Under the pieces are notes generated by a model. The model had not been told where the DNA came from and ran no database searches. It worked only from the letters and a program-made list of their open reading frames with translations. DNA of 64,000 bases, taken from contig OZ024743.1 of the NCBI GenBank assembly GCA_964016885.1, forward strand, positions 73,222,001 to 73,286,000. Reading direction: 5' to 3'. Below, piece after piece: positions 1 through 14,897 of the stretch. Position 1 is the stretch's first letter. Each line of letters begins with the position of its first letter. Position numbers and translations under genes: made by a program. Source of the DNA: Eledone cirrhosa (Eukaryota).

Positions 1-265
1 GTATAGAATGCGCGGTAGAGCTAAGAAGTGTTCTGTACATTAGAACAACTGAGAATAATAACATTAGAAATGGTTTAAGTGAGATAGATGTCTCCGTTGG
101 ACGATGAGATATGATTGAAGGGTTCCTGGTAAATGAGGGCTGTTTCTAAATACTATTGTAAACCATAGCAAATGGACTATGTGAAGTTACAGATCCTTTG
201 GCCGTCTAAAACATCTGACTGATGAATTGACAAGTCAGTCAATCATATTGGTGGCTTTCCCACAG

Positions 266-440
266 CCTCGATGGACAGGATGGAGAAGGCGTTTCCTCGG
301 AGGACGGCAAGGGAGACGCGCTGGAAAAGCCATTCCAACTCGAGGGGCTCACATCTATGGCTGGCCAGGTTTTAAAAGAAGCTGAAAAAGTAAATGTTCT
401 TAGAAGAGTGGTGAAGGATACTTTCATGGTGAATAACTGG
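266..440 (+). CDS. Candidate internal exon of an unidentified host gene (LDGQDGEGVSSEDGKGDALEKPFQLEGLTSMAGQVLKEAEKVNVLRRVVKDTFMVNNW)
   Basis: Acceptor ctttcccacag at 265, donor gtatgt at 441, open frame (phase 2 to 0), higher GC than flanks. Protein not recognised. Confidence 0.6.
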
Positions 441-548
441 GTATGTTTGTAAATTATATCTAGGGAGAGAAGTGAGGGGCTGGGAGATTGTTGAGAGTTT
501 CAGAGCACCGATGCTTATTTTAACTGATAAAATATCGTTCATTATCTA

Positions 549-768
549 GGGCGGTAGATTGGCAGAATCAGTAGAGCGTCGGACAACAAGTTTAGCGGTA
601 TAGAGTTGCGGCTCTTTACGTTCTGAGTTCAAATCCGACCGAGGTTAGCTTTGCCTTTTATTCTTACGGGGTCTATAAAATAAATACCAGTAATTCACTA
701 TGGTCGTTTTAATCGACTTGCTTTTTCCTCCAAATTTTCTGACCTTGTGTCTAAATCAGAAACCATTA
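549..768 (+). mobile_element. tRNA-derived SINE with Nin-type central domain (about 20 copies in window)
   Basis: A/B-box-like head (tggcagaatcagtagagc / gagttcaaatcc), core GCCTTTCATCCTTACGGGGTCGATAAAATAAAGTACCAG (consensus of copies), tail ggccttgtgcc..agtagaaacaattatt. Other approximate copies: + 783-992, 4826-4938, 4960-5170, 8885-9070, 35928-36070, 38565-38770, 59981-60110; - 1318-1530, 11120-11212, 17385-17577, 18160-18335, 36455-36620, 36790-36965, 41895-42055, 46580-46718, 50905-51105, 52990-53222. Confidence 0.85.
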
Positions 769-3590
769 GTAATCATTAACAAGGACGGTAAATTAGCATA
801 ATTGATAGAGCATCGGAGAACATGCTTCGTAGCATCGAGTTACGTCCCTTTACGTTCTGAGTACAAATCCTGTCGAGATCAGCTTTGCCTTTCATCCTTA
901 CGAGGTCGATAAAATAAAGTAACAGTAATGTACTGGGTTGATTTACTCGACTTTCCCCTTGCTGGCCTTGTGCCTATAGTAGAAACAATTATTAATCCTT
1001 TAGCATTTAAACCGACCATATCCGGCCAGAATTCTCTCACCTCTTTTTGTTCAAACTGGCCATATCTGGCCACTCATACCAGCATTCAGATATTGTTCTG
1101 AAAATAAATAATATCAAAATCACGTAGATTCGATATTATATGAGATAATTATGTGAGATAAAGCCTTTACTACAAAAATACAATAGTATATATAGAGTAA
1201 TGTAAATGCTAAAGGGTTCTCGAAAACGAGACCCAATCTTAATGAAGCATGTATATGATTCAACACGAGCTAAGGATAAAATATCATCGTATGGATGTAC
1301 TAGTTAATCGATAATATAATGGTTTCTGATTTAGGCACAAGGTCAAATATTTGGGGCGCGGGGGTCGATTAAAACGACCCCAGTGCTGGTACTTTATTTT
1401 ATCGACCTTGTAAGGATAAAAGTCAAATCTAACCTCGGCGAGATTTGAATTCAGAGCGTAAAAGACCGTAACTCTATGCCGCTTAGCATATTGTCCGACG
1501 CTCTACTGATCCTGCCAATCCACCGCCATAATCGATTATATAATAGATGTGACTTAGTACTAGGATCTTCTTGCCAATTTCTAATTGAAATAATCTATTA
1601 ATCAAATGCTATTGAGGAAAGCATGAACCTCATTCAATCCCATTCTATTTCCTTACATTGATTATCTGATGAATAAATTATGATAACATATTGGAACATA
1701 TCCATGTTATATGACACTTAACCAAGATAAACTCTTATCTTTTAATTCTAATTAACATTTATGTTAGATTAGCTTCTGTACCAAATGAATATTTAATTAC
1801 GAGATTGCCTAATGATATATGTTTATAATTGTTTGCCATCTAATCAGTAAACAATATGAACGGAACATTGAAAAAAGGATGACTGCGTTGCTACTATAAC
1901 CTATATCAAACATACTATACTCTGGTCTGTATCTCATCACTTAGCAATAAACAGTTCAATCCTCACAAGTAAGTAGTACAGCCTGTAATTGTTGACATTG
2001 TAAGAAGCAGTAGTAGTACTTTAATATTGAAGCATATTTTATTCAATCTTCAACCACAAATACGTATTACATGTATTTACGCTTGCACCATTGAAAAAAA
2101 TTCATTTAAATGAATTCCTACTTTCACTTTTATCACCACGTTTCAGGAATCATATGAAAATTAATGTTTTATGATAGAAATGTTAAGTAATTTAATTAAA
2201 ATATATATCAAGGGATATATATTTTAATTACAATATATATTAGGGAGTTTCTAAAGTTGATTAAATTTCTCACAAGTTCAGATTTTCCAATAAATATATT
2301 TAACATGTAAACAGGGAAAAATATTTACGAACTAACACATGTAATTCAATTTTCCTATAAAATGCGGTGTTCTTCAAATTAACCTTTCTCTTTCCTGCTT
2401 TACGTTATCAAAGGAAATTAGACAAAGATGGTCATATTTTTGTGTTCATGTTTTTGATCCAGAACTGTACCTTAGTCCTTTTCTTGGTCTACCATTCATA
2501 TAAGTTATATACAAACGGAATTTTTTCTCCTTCTTTTCAATCATTATTCCTGTTTCATGCGTTTCTATTATCAGAATTTCCAGAAGAATGTTATTCAGAT
2601 TATACATTTTGGCCAAACTTTCCAATTGATAGGAACACAAATTACGATTTTTTTCCTTTAGAACACTTATACGTGTATTCTTTCATTCAGTCATATTTTT
2701 CGTTGATTTATTCATGCACTGAAATATTAATCAACATCCATGCTACATGTGAGTGCATACATATACATACCAGGAATATGTGTGTGGAGGGTTGGGGTTT
2801 TTTTGGTTGGGGGGTTGGGTGTGCGTGTCTGTGTGCGTGTCTGTGTGCGTGCGTGTGTGATTACTGATTTTTTTTTATGTATGGATTGTGTTTGTTTATT
2901 TCTCTCCATGCAGTGAGTATATTTGTGTGTTGTGGGGACACAGAAATGCTCGTGTAAGTGTGAGTCTGTTCTTCGTTTTATGTGGGCGGTGTGAGGGTGT
3001 GTGCTTTATGGTGTGTTTTCTATACAGGCATGTGAACTTGAATGTGTAAGTGTGAATGTGTGTGATTTTATATGTGGTTGTATATGTATTTATTGTACAT
3101 ATAGAAACGATATTTTCGTTTGTGAGTCCGAAAGGGCATGACCCCCGGCAATACAGAGGCCAGAGTAGATGTCAAATAGGTAAGCTAATATAGGGTCGAC
3201 TATTTTAATGGCGTCTCCTCATCTGTTACATGTGATAGGGGGACTGTATTGATAAAGTAGCCCTGTCCTTTTACATTTATCAAATATCAAACATTATGCA
3301 GAGTACGTGGTACTAATTAATGTGGTAGCCACCAGGGTGACTGAGGGCAATGTGGCCTCATGACGTTCGTTCTCATATTACCAGTATTGTTGGATGGTCT
3401 TAATTTTAATTTTATAGATTTTATTGATTTTATTGAAATGTTGACTTTCTCTGGATTAGATTTAGTACTTGGTTATTAGTTTCCAGTGTCTGTTGATTAA
3501 ACATGTAGTATTTGGCGGATGTTTTGCCTGGATGGGTATTGATTGGTTGGGGGTTACCTTATCATCTTGATGATTGAGGGGAGTTGAGAA

Positions 3591-3637
<47 letters not shown>

Positions 3638-5658
3638 GTTGTGGAACCAACCAACCGGAAATTTATAATAAATTAAAGTGAAAGTAACTGGTGCGTGTGT
3701 TTCTTATTGGCAACATGACCCCCCCCCCCCCAAAGTATAATAATATCGGTTTCAACACACGTTTTCAGATAAGGAATCTTGCTAAACAAATTCAGAAACG
3801 AAATATATATATATATATATATATCATGTACTTTACATGTAAAAGTATATTCACATAACAAATATAAACCATACGGATTTAGTAGAGAATCAAATTGAAA
3901 TGGCATCAACATGTTTATATCTGGTCTGGTATAAATGAAATAAATGAAATATATATATTTCCATCTGTTCTGGTTCTTTCGGGTTAATATTTCACATCTG
4001 CCATGGGTCTATTACCATCCTTACAGATGCCTAGCAGTAAGTCTGTGTTAATATATGGGTGTGTAAGTATGTGTGTGTCTATGTGCGTGTGTGTGCGTGA
4101 GTGTGTGGGTGTGAGTGAGTGTGTGTTTGAGTGTGTGAGCGCTTGTAAGTGGATATATAATTTCATCTATCTACCATTTTGTCTAACTATGTACTTAGAA
4201 ATATGTCTGCTTCACATCAGAAACTTAACGTGATGGGGCAATAAAGGGAGACGCTTACTGATTGCTCCTTCTTTAAAACACTCTTTTAAAAAGAAGAAGG
4301 ATTTGATGTTTAATATAATCACTGATATGCCTAAACAAAAGACGTGATCGTCGCGGCTGGAACATCTTCATTGTAGATCTTCTTGATCTGGACTGACGTC
4401 GGTCTTATGGTACGATAGAAAAATCTGTAGAATGTTGGACAAAATGTTTGGAGTTTTATATGTTGCGAAGAAAATTCAAACTATGAGGTCGACTGTACGT
4501 TTTATCCTTCAGGGGTCGATAAAATAAAGTTCCAGTGAATTACATGGCATATCTTAGACGGAAATTGAATTATTGCATGAGAGAAATCAACAATAACGAT
4601 CAATACATTCAAATGTATACATACAAACACACATGCGCAGCATTCAGTTGGATGTAATCATACACACGAACACACAGACACACATTTATCAAATACGTAC
4701 TACACCAGCGGACGAGTTAGAATGCCTTACATTAGATTACTTGTTAGAAATAACAGCCAAATCTTACTCAAACAACACCCTAATTTGTTCTCCTGAATTA
4801 TGTAATACATAATACTATATATTATTAAAATCTCGCCGAGGTTAATTTTACCTTTCATCTTTACCGGGTCGATAAAATAAAGTACCATAATGTACTGGGT
4901 AATTGGTGGCCTTGTGTCAAAAGTAGAAACAATTATTAAAAGGAACATGATAGAAGAGAATTGGTAGTATTAGTAGGACGTCAGATAACTATTTTTTCGT
5001 CATGTAATTACGGTTTTTTCCTCTCTAAGTTCAAATCCCACCGAGGTTAACTTTGCCTTTCATCCTTATGGATTCGATAAAATAAAGTACCTGTAACGCA
5101 TTGAGGTACATTTGATCGATTTTGACCGTCCCTTGTTGTCTTACTATCAAATGTAGAAACAATTATTAAAAAGAACATGTAATAGTCATGACTGCAATAG
5201 CTGTGATGAACAAAGGCCAGAAATTCTGTTTGACCATGACCCAGTTAGGTCTAACCAACAACTACGACAACACAAATACAAGGCGTACACACATTCAAGA
5301 CAAACATAATATATCGATAAACAAGTAAACAACCTTTATTCTCCCATTACAGACACGCCACAAACACACATGTGCGATAGTTGACATAAAGACAGACACT
5401 GGACGCCACAGAGACACCAACGTGTTCAAGTAAAACATTTAAATAAACATATGTAGCAATCATACAAACGTCTACGTGGTGACAAAAGCAGGATGTAAAA
5501 GCCGAATCTCGCTCAAATCATGAATTGCTCTGTCAAATACGAAAAGAATTTGTTAGTAAATGTAGTTCAAATATATACACACACATGCAGGGTGTACAGA
5601 AATATATATATATATATATATACATATATTTATATATATTTATATATATATATATATA

Positions 5659-5711
<53 letters not shown>

Positions 5712-5750
5712 GTCTGTATACATATATGTATGTATGTATACATACATACT

Positions 5751-5787
<37 letters not shown>

Positions 5788-5819
5788 GTATACAGACGTA
5801 TATATATATATATAAGTAT

Positions 5820-6365
5820 GTATGTATACATACATACATATATGTATACAGACGTACAGTAATATGCATATTTATACATACAAGCACACATATATATATG
5901 CACGTATCGGTTTACCGAACATTTATTATAATGGTGGTTTATTTGTAAACAAACAAACAGCCCGAAATACGCCGTTTCATTCTATTCCATTTATCGTTAT
6001 CGGTGCGCCCGGCCGACTAAACTCACTCGATATGCAAATTAGGCTGCTCAGCCGTTAATATGCATAAGGAAAGTATATACTTTCAGACGTTCAACCATAT
6101 GGCAGGAAGGTATACGATGCTGACGATAGCTAATAAGCTTGAAACTAGTACATCGTTCCTGTGTCAGTGTTAAACAAAAAGGTCACGTGGTTGCCTAAAC
6201 ACTGTACGGCATAATTCGGGCTGTTAGTTTGTTTACAAACAAACCGAGCATTATAATAAAAGTTCGGTAAACCGATACGTGCATATATATATGTGTGCAT
6301 GTATGTATAAAGATACATACTACTGTACGTCTGTATACATATATGTATGTACGTATGCATATGTA
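5820..6365 (+). mobile_element. Non-autonomous hammerhead-bearing element (family E) with inverted arms, in (TA)n
   Basis: Arms about 5820-5975 and 6206-6360 are reverse complements. The spacer holds octamer motifs and a hammerhead. Related 3' fragment at about 40563-40705. Confidence 0.8.
6114..6156 (+). ncRNA. Type I hammerhead ribozyme, intact core
   Basis: ACGATG-CTGACGA-TAGC TAATAA GCTT-GAAA-CTAG-TA-CATCGT: 6-bp stem I (extends GCAGGA/TCCTGT past a bulge), palindromic stem III ACUAGU, GUA cleavage triplet. Confidence 0.92.
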
Positions 6366-6381
6366 CATATATATTATATAT

Positions 6382-6523
<142 letters not shown>

Positions 6524-6774
6524 TTATATATATATATATATATGAATATATTATGGGTAAGCAGTGAGACATGTTAGTCTGGAAAATTCATCTGCGCATT
6601 CGCAGGATGATCGGACAAGTCATGTGTACGATAAAGTTTTATCTGTATAATTTCATGCCTTTATATTAGAATTGTGTTTATTCATACTCCGTTGAGTATT
6701 GGTCTTACTAGTATAATACGGGGTCTATCCTGATATATATATACAGAAATATATAAATATAATATACATATTTG

Positions 6775-6850
<76 letters not shown>

Positions 6851-6896
6851 CGTTTGTGCTGCCCTCAGGTTACGCTTGTGGATGTTTTAAGTGTTT

Positions 6897-6927
<31 letters not shown>

Positions 6928-7589
6928 AAGAAGAAGAAGAAAGGAATATGTTGTGAATTGAACGAAGTTGAAGTCAAACTAACTTTAAGTCGGGAACATA
7001 ATGTATGCTTTAACCTTTAATTGAGACACTAAATGACGTATACATTATGATGTACATAGTATAGAAAACATTCAACACTGATTAAATTCAGATTATATTC
7101 AATTTAGTGTTTAAACCAGTAATTTCTTTATACGTTGATAAAGTAATACATATAAAGAAAATTGAGAGTGGTCGATGAGGGGACATTCGTATTGTTAGAA
7201 CAAATCTGTTATCAGTCTAGCTAACCGGTATATCGTAGATTTGAATTTAGAAATTACGGAGATGGGGTACACATAGAAATATGTATTTAGAAAAGCTTGA
7301 TAACGTCTGTCTTCCTCATTCGGTGGTTATTAAGGTCTAGTTGCGTAAGCTGAGTTTAGGAGAATAAGTTGGCCACGTATGATATGATGAATGGAGTGGA
7401 TGGATATAGTTTGTTTGATAGGAGTCATTGGTACAGGGTGACGTTCGATTTAGGGTATTTTCTGAGGGTAAATAGATGGAACAATAACGGTATTATCCAT
7501 GTATACATACATACATATATGATGGCTGCCCCCTCGTTATATACATACATACATACATACATACATACATACATACATACATACATACA

Positions 7590-7619
<30 letters not shown>

Positions 7620-7620
<1 letters not shown>

Positions 7621-8078
7621 TTATGCAGAACTAATGAGAAATATGCAGATACTCCACCCTGATTACACCCTCATATTTATGCCTGTGATTATTGGGGCAC
7701 TGGGATATGTTAGTAACTGCCTTAATACAAATCTTGAGAAGCTGGGCTTCACAGGAACAGAAAGAACACAACTAGTTAGGAAATTACAAGTACAATCTCT
7801 TAATGGAACAGTAAAAATATGTAAAAAATTCCAAAAATGTTGCATCTAATAACTGCATATACACATGTACAGATACAAAGCATATACACATGCACACATA
7901 CAACTCAAAACATACACAGCCACGCTTAGAATAACATCCATACCTACACATGGATGCATACATACATATCTACCTAGTTGATGTTGTGTAAATTCCAATG
8001 AGAGAGTTTTGTGTCTATGTTAGAAACCGACTCTCCGTCTATTGGTAAAACTTTGTGAAATTATAAAACCAGAAGAAC
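7620..8078 (+). mobile_element. 3' end of R4/Dong-like non-LTR retrotransposon (RLE C-terminus plus 3' UTR) in (TACA)n
   Basis: Translation FMPVIIGALGYV...LEKLGF...KLQVQSLNGTVKICKKF resembles the R4/Dong C-terminus. Flanked on both sides by (CATA)n. Confidence 0.65.
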
Positions 8079-8204
8079 ATACGTACATACATACATACAT
8101 ACATACATACATACATACATACATACATACATACATACATACATACATACATACATACATACATACATACATACATACATACATACATACATACATACAT
8201 ACAT

Positions 8205-8580
8205 ACATGATGGCTGCCCCCTCGTTATCGAGTATGGCCATTGCACAAGAAGAAGAAAAAAAAATATTAATAAATAAATAAAAAATAAAATAAAATAAAA
8301 AAAAAGAAATATATATATATATATATACAAACACACATAGTTTTTAGTCCAGCCAGCGACTTGAAAACTCTGGTACAAACACTACACTTGTGACAATTAC
8401 TGACACATAGTGCTGGGCCCATTGTACCCTGTGATGACAAGTGCAGGGAGATCTCCAGATATAAAGCAATGTCTGTGCCGTGAAGCTTTTATAGTGAGCA
8501 AAGGCACTGCACAAAGCCAGTCCCACTCTCTTAACCAAGATGATATTTACCAAGATGATATTTCCAAACAGCGTCCATCT
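8205..8580 (-). mobile_element. Non-autonomous RTE-derived element, partial copy
   Basis: Reverse-complement homologue of 58630-58932, interrupted by an A/T-rich tract. 3' end GATAACGAGGGGGCAGCCATC abuts (TATG)n. Another short 3' end at 7521-7540. Confidence 0.65.
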
Positions 8581-9218
8581 ACATAACTTTACTCATCCGG
8601 TATGAGCTCACTAGAGACTATGGTAAAGGACATTTGCCCAGGAGTCAACGAAATGGGATCAAAGCCCGGACCTAAAGACAACGAGGTGAACTTCTGAACT
8701 ATCTGGCCATGCTGCCGTGATGTGTCTACAATAAAGGAATAAAGAATAAAGAATATACATTGATACATTAGCCGTGATAGAGCTGGAGCACATACAGGCG
8801 CTTGTAAAAGGACGACTACAAAGTCGTTCACATTGCGAGAAATAGCAACTAAATATACCATAATAAACCTTAAATACTGGTCTAAGGAGATAGATTAGCA
8901 GTATCGGTAGACTGCCGAACAACATGTATTATGGCACAGACTTACGCTCATTTACGAACTGAGTTCAATCCTGTTGGGATTCGCTTTACCTTAAAGTATC
9001 ATTAATGCACTGGGTTCGATTTAATCGACTTTCCCTCCTCCAAAATTGTTGGCCTTCTACGAAATAGGAAAGCGATATACATTAAATCCCAAGCTAACAT
9101 ACACAACCCAGATAAGATAATGGTAGTTTTAAATAAACTATTTATTACTGATAAGAAGGATGCATGAGACTCACAGCTAAGATGCCTTAAATGCTATGGC
9201 CCCTGAATCTGGAGCTAA

Positions 9219-9249
<31 letters not shown>

Positions 9250-9767
9250 CAACACACACACACACACAGATACATACACTATCAGCTAATATAGCAGGAA
9301 TGGGTTGAAACGTGCCTGTCTTCAGGTTAAATAATGCAGACACAAAATGCACAGCGGTATGCGGTTATACCTACATGCATATGTCATAACATGTGTGTAT
9401 GTTCCAAGTATGCATATAATATGTGTGTGGGGGTGCATGCGTATGTGTGTGTGTATACAAATATACATATATATGTTTATATATATAAATATATACACGT
9501 AAATATGCATATGTATATATATATATATATATATACACAGTATATATATATATGATGAATAGAAAGAAAGAAAGAAAGAGGATAGATAGATAGAGAAAGA
9601 GAGAGAGAGTGAGAGAGGGGGAGAGAGAGATATATAGATGGATGGTATGGTACTAGTTAAAACAAGTAAATTCATTATTCTAATTAGTAGCCCATACTTA
9701 AGTAGAGTTGATTATATATATTGTTAGAAAATCTAATACCCGAAAGTCAAGCTTAAACCGCTTCGCG

Positions 9768-9798
<31 letters not shown>

Positions 9799-10017
9799 AT
9801 AATGTATCATATACATAGCCCTTATAGCAACTCATATGTATACCCTTATATATATATAAACACACACACAGCATCTCATATATATTCCCACACACATGCA
9901 GACTTTTACACAAACCCACACGCACACACACACACCCACACACACCCACACACACTCAGCAACGTACATATACCTCTACATATATACATATACCATCTCA
10001 TATATACCACGACACAC

Positions 10018-10126
<109 letters not shown>

Positions 10127-10300
10127 CATAGAAAGACATAAAACGCAGAAACTTTGTGATACAACTTCATCCTGACTTCGCGCATGCGTAGTCACGCACA
10201 CATACATATATACGCACACATGCATACATACATTCATACATGCACACACACATATACATAGAGCCACACACACACACACATAGATATATATATACATACA

Positions 10301-10339
<39 letters not shown>

Positions 10340-10388
10340 GCATACAAACTTACATAAATAAATGCATACACTCGGACATACTAAGTAC

Positions 10389-10498
<110 letters not shown>

Positions 10499-11036
10499 GG
10501 AGATAGATGCAGAGAAAAAGAGAGAGAGAGATATGCATACACACACTCGAACACACACACATACATTGATAGAGAAATAATTGTCACACACCCCGATATC
10601 CATCTATATACTTTCACACACATTCACACACAAACACAGGCTCATGCGTAGACATGAACAAAATTTAATTTTCACACAACACACACACAAATCACGTTCA
10701 CACACACAGAGGCAAACACCTACACACACACAGGCACACGCCTATACACACACACAGAGGCACACACGTTACGCACATATAACAGATAACGGAGTCATAC
10801 GCACTCACTTTCAGCAATTCAGATATACACACAACATATTGACACAGACATGGCGGTGTGATTAAGGAGTTCGCTTCACAACTTTCTGGATCTGGGGTCA
10901 ATCCAGCGGCGTGGTTCCTTTATATAAATGTATGTGTATGTATTTATGTATGTATTAATGTATTAATGTATATATATATATATATTTATATTTACTAGTT
11001 GTAACCCAACAATTTAAATATAACTTTCCATATATA

Positions 11037-11121
<85 letters not shown>

Positions 11122-11299
11122 ATTGTTTCTACTTTAGGCACAAGGCCAGCAATTACCCAGTGTATTACTGGTACTTTATATTATCGACCCTGTAAAGATG
11201 AAAGGCAAAGTCTTAATAATAATAATAATAATAGTAATAATAATAATAGTAATAATAATAATAGTAATAATAATAGTAATAATAATAGTAATAATAATA

Positions 11300-14076
11300 A
11301 ATTGAAGACTAAAATCCAAAGAGGGCTCGATAAGGAAAATATATATCAAATATATAAGAACCGTAGAGCAAATATTTATTAAAATAACAGATTAAAGTTT
11401 AAGCAAAGAATCGCTGCTCTCACCCTTAACGGGATCTTCTGAAACTAACAAAGTCAATCTGTAAACGCAGAACTGGATATTTCAAAAAACGTTGCAACCG
11501 GAGGAAGACAGGAAGACGATACTTTGGTTCGTGGAAACGTTCCCTGGCAAAGAACGGGAAAAAACGAATAATACGTCATTAACAGGAGCGGTGAAAAACA
11601 ATTACGCGCAAAGACAGAACCACGTTTATGGTATAAAAGAGGTCGTAGACTAATGTTCTCTTAGGTGGTGCATAGAGACGTTCTCTGGCAATGAACGAAA
11701 AAACGAAGATAATACGTCATATGTGCAGCGTAGAGAACAATTACACGCAAAGACAAAACCACGTAAATGGTATAGCAGAAGTTGTAGACTAAAATTCTAA
11801 CTAGGAGACCAAATGAATCTCCGCTACAGGGTTAAGAACAAAGTAAATAAATACAATACAGAAGTAATAGAAACAAATAAATACATACACGCAAACAGAT
11901 ACGTACATACACAAGCATCAGCAAAACCTTACCATAGGTATACAAAACCACGCACATATAAATATGTGTGTGTATGTATGCTTGTGTACAAATAAATAAA
12001 TAATTATATAAACGTATATAAGTAAATAAATACGTATATAACCAGCGCACACGCATACCTTCAAATAAATACACGAATGTTCGGAGACGTAAGTCACCTA
12101 AAACAAGAAGTACACATATACACACACCCACCATACGTACGAACCTACATACTCACGCAGACGCAAAACTCCCGTATACACATAGCCAAACCCTAAATGC
12201 CAGAATATGTAAAAATTATACGCCATAACAGTCAAATATACATACGAGAAGGTATACATACCTTCACAAAACATACGGGTAATATATACTTACCTATGCA
12301 AATAAGTAAAGGAATAAACAAAACATATACTTAGCTCCCACATCAAGACGTAAAATATCCACGTATAGATCGTGCTAACCGTTAGGGTATAACGTGGGGC
12401 TGTAATACAGGAAAGTTTTGTGCAATTTATGTTTACAAGCCGAAATTGCCTCAGATTTGTTGTTTAAGATGTGGTCTGTGGCGTAGAGTATTTCCAGGGC
12501 CTCAGCGGCGCAGAGGTCACATGGTCTTTTATTTCCGTTATACGATCTAGCCCTAGCTAGGATCTCCCAGTGTAACTTATATTGGGTGTGGTTGTCTTTT
12601 AGACTCCAGATATAAGCTGAAAGTGACGTCATATTCCTTCTTAGAGGGTAACGAAAAGAATGGGTATGCATGTAAAGACGCTGCTTGAAACTATTGGCGG
12701 TTAACCATATGTAGGCCCTACGGGACGTGGGTGTTACAACCTTACATTTGTAGACAATGTTACTAGAGAGGCATTTCCCGGATAGGGGGCAATCAGCCCG
12801 ATTCCTACAATTACAGTTAGTACTAACTACAGGGTTGCACGTGTTCCTACGGCTAGGTAGTTTAGCTAAATTTGAAGCTGTGATGTTATGTGCAAGGTTA
12901 GGAGTCGTAGAGTAAGAAATTTTAATAGTATTTCTATTAAAAATTTTACTATACTTATGTGTAGGGGGAAAATGCTTCGTAATAAGGGAAAGAAAGATCT
13001 TAGCTAATGGTGTGGCCACCTCCATATTATATGGTGGGTTAAACCAACAAATGCGACGGGATCTATTTCTTCTAGGTCTATTTTCGTACTCTGTATATGC
13101 TACCGTATCGACAAATCCACTTCGAGCAAGAGCTTCATTGTAATAAGTGGAATGGTCGTTGAAAATGCGCTCGTTGGTGGAAAGACGGGAAAGTCTCAAC
13201 GAAACGTTTTTTACCAGGTTCTTGGTTATGCTGGCAGGATGGTTGGAATGCTTACTTATGTAATTAAGCGTATCATTCGGCTTTCTATACGGGTAATACA
13301 ACCCATTCAATAAATTGAGGGTAACGTCGAGGTAATTAACGACCGAGAGATTGGCCTCAACCTGTATAGAGAGGTTGAAGCCTTTAAAGAAGGCTGTGAG
13401 TTCTTTTCTGAACCTGTCGCAAGCACGAGGTCCGCACTTAGTCATGGTCAAAAGACCATCGTCACGGTACAAACCACCGCCCGCGTTGGGGAATTCGTCC
13501 TTGATAGAGAAAAGAAGGAAAAGGCCAATAAGATCAGTAACCTCCGCAGAGTCACTGGCGCCCATACTCACGTCGAATGGGGTACTATTGGATTTTTTAA
13601 TCCAAATAGAGTCGTCGAAATTAATCACCGACTTTCGGGCATTAAGGATGACAATTAAGTCTACAACTTCTGCTATACCATTTACGTGGTTTTGTCTTTG
13701 CGTGCTATTGTTCTCCACGCTCCACATATGACTTATTATCTTCGTTTTTTCGTTCATTGCCAGAGAACGTCTCTATGCACCACCTAAGAGAACATTAGTC
13801 TACGACCTCTTTTATACCATAAACGTGGTTCTGTCTTTGCGCGTAATTGTTTTTCACCGCTCCTATTAATGACGTATTATTCGTTTTTTTCCGTTCTTTG
13901 CCAGCGAACGTTACCACGAACCAAAGTATCGTCTTCCTGTCTTCCTCCGGTTGCAACGTTTTTTGAAATATCCAGTTCTGCGTTTACAGATTGACTTTGT
14001 TAGTTTCAGAAGATCCCGTTAAGGGTGGAAGCAGCGATTCTTTGCTTAAACTTTAATCTGTTATTTTAATAAATAT
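11300..14076 (-). mobile_element. 5'-truncated Penelope-like retroelement (family A, Naiad-like) with inverted partial pLTR
   Basis: RT+GIY-YIG ORF, about 1.07 kb 3' UTR ending in (ATT)n at 11300. 13658-14076 is an inverted copy of about 11372-11790 ending in (TA)n. Confidence 0.93.
12375..13657 (-). pseudogene. PLE reverse transcriptase (C-terminal half) plus GIY-YIG endonuclease, 5'-truncated
   Basis: FDVSMGASDSAEVTDLIGLFLL, GLYRDDGL, VNYLDVTLNL, HSNHP, WFNPPY, CxCx5Cx5C linker, IVYK..AYIW(G)LT..FKQRLYMH, CDLC..E, LNNKSE..CKH. The first ~33 aa of the tracked ORF come from the inverted arm. YIG is changed to YIW. Confidence 0.93.
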
Positions 14077-14089
14077 ATATATATATATT

Positions 14090-14222
14090 AGAAAGTGAGG
14101 TGTTTTTTACAAAATGAAAAATAACCGAGGTGTCCTACACGAGTGAAAGTATAAAGAAAAAGAGATGAAATCGAAAATGCAACTGGAGTTGCATTTTCGA
14201 TTTCATCTCTTTTTCTTTATAT
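14090..14222 (-). mobile_element. Family H mini-insert: short hairpin plus tail in (TA)n
   Basis: Perfect ~30-bp inverted arms around CAACTGGAGTTG. Homologous to 22117-22212. Confidence 0.75.
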
Positions 14223-14239
14223 ATATATATATATATAAT

Positions 14240-14661
14240 ATAATATAAGATCAAAAGATGGTTAAAAGAGATCAAAGTGTTTTATTATGCGCATTTCAAA
14301 AACAAATATCATGATGGGATAATATCTGCGTTCTCATCAGATAAAATAGGGAGACATGATATGAAGCTTAAAAAACACTTGTGAATAGTCAAGTTTTAAA
14401 TCAACATATGTTGATTTAAAACATCACTGATCACAAGTGTTTTTTAAGCTTCATATCATGTCTTCCTATTTTATCTGATGAGAACGCAGATATCTTCCCA
14501 TCATGATATTTGTTTTTGAAATGCGCATAATAAAATACTTTGAACTCTTTTAACCATCTTTTCATCTTATATTATTTATACGCCAGTCCTACAAACTGTA
14601 GAGTGCTACTTATCCGATATTTGCATTGCTTTATTGTGCTACAATAATACTCACCTCCTAC
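14240..14661 (+). mobile_element. Palindromic hammerhead element plus ~85-nt tail in (TA)n
   Basis: Arms 14240-14407 and 14408-14575 centred on TCAACATATGTTGA. Tail 14576-14661. Confidence 0.85.
14467..14537 (+). ncRNA. Type I hammerhead ribozyme, intact core (mirror copy on - strand at about 14280-14348)
   Basis: TATTTTAT-CTGATGA-GAACGCAGATATC[loop]GATATTTGTTTTT-GAAA-TGCGCA-TA-ATAAAATA. Palindromic stem III AUGCGCAU, AUA cleavage. Confidence 0.92.
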
Positions 14662-14677
14662 ATATATATATATATAG

Positions 14678-14793
14678 TAATAATAATAAATTAAAAGACT
14701 AAAATCCAAAGAGGGCTCGATAAGGATAAATATATATCAAATATATAAGAACCGTAGAGCAAATATTTATTAAAATAACAGATTAAAGTTTAA
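14678..14793 (-). mobile_element. Family A PLE 3' terminus (solo)
   Basis: Near-identical to 11300-11402. Other solo termini: + 20350-20397, 58995-59080, 59816-59975. Confidence 0.85.
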
Positions 14794-14800
14794 TGTATGA

Positions 14801-14840
<40 letters not shown>

Positions 14841-14847
14841 GAATGTA

Positions 14848-14897
<50 letters not shown>

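Noticed and set aside
1945-4036. Further plus-strand exon candidates (about 1945-1968, 2414-2486, 2575-2672, 3107-3179, 4027-4036)
   Set aside because: Splice-like signals exist but phases do not chain consistently and no protein is recognisable. RNA data are needed.
12375-13657. Selenocysteine recoding, as reported for some Naiad PLEs
   Set aside because: No in-frame TGA in the visible family A or B ORFs. The conserved positions are ordinary Cys codons.
13658-13757. N-terminus and ATG of an intact 460-aa PLE protein
   Set aside because: This segment is the inverted pLTR arm read through by chance. RT motifs upstream of the FDVSMG region are missing and YIG is mutated. The same applies to the first ~25 aa of 44143-44682.
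14240-14575. MITE or DNA-transposon reading of the palindromes
   Set aside because: Arms are asymmetric (tail on one side only), centres vary between copies of a family, they contain hammerheads, and two families connect to PLE ORFs.
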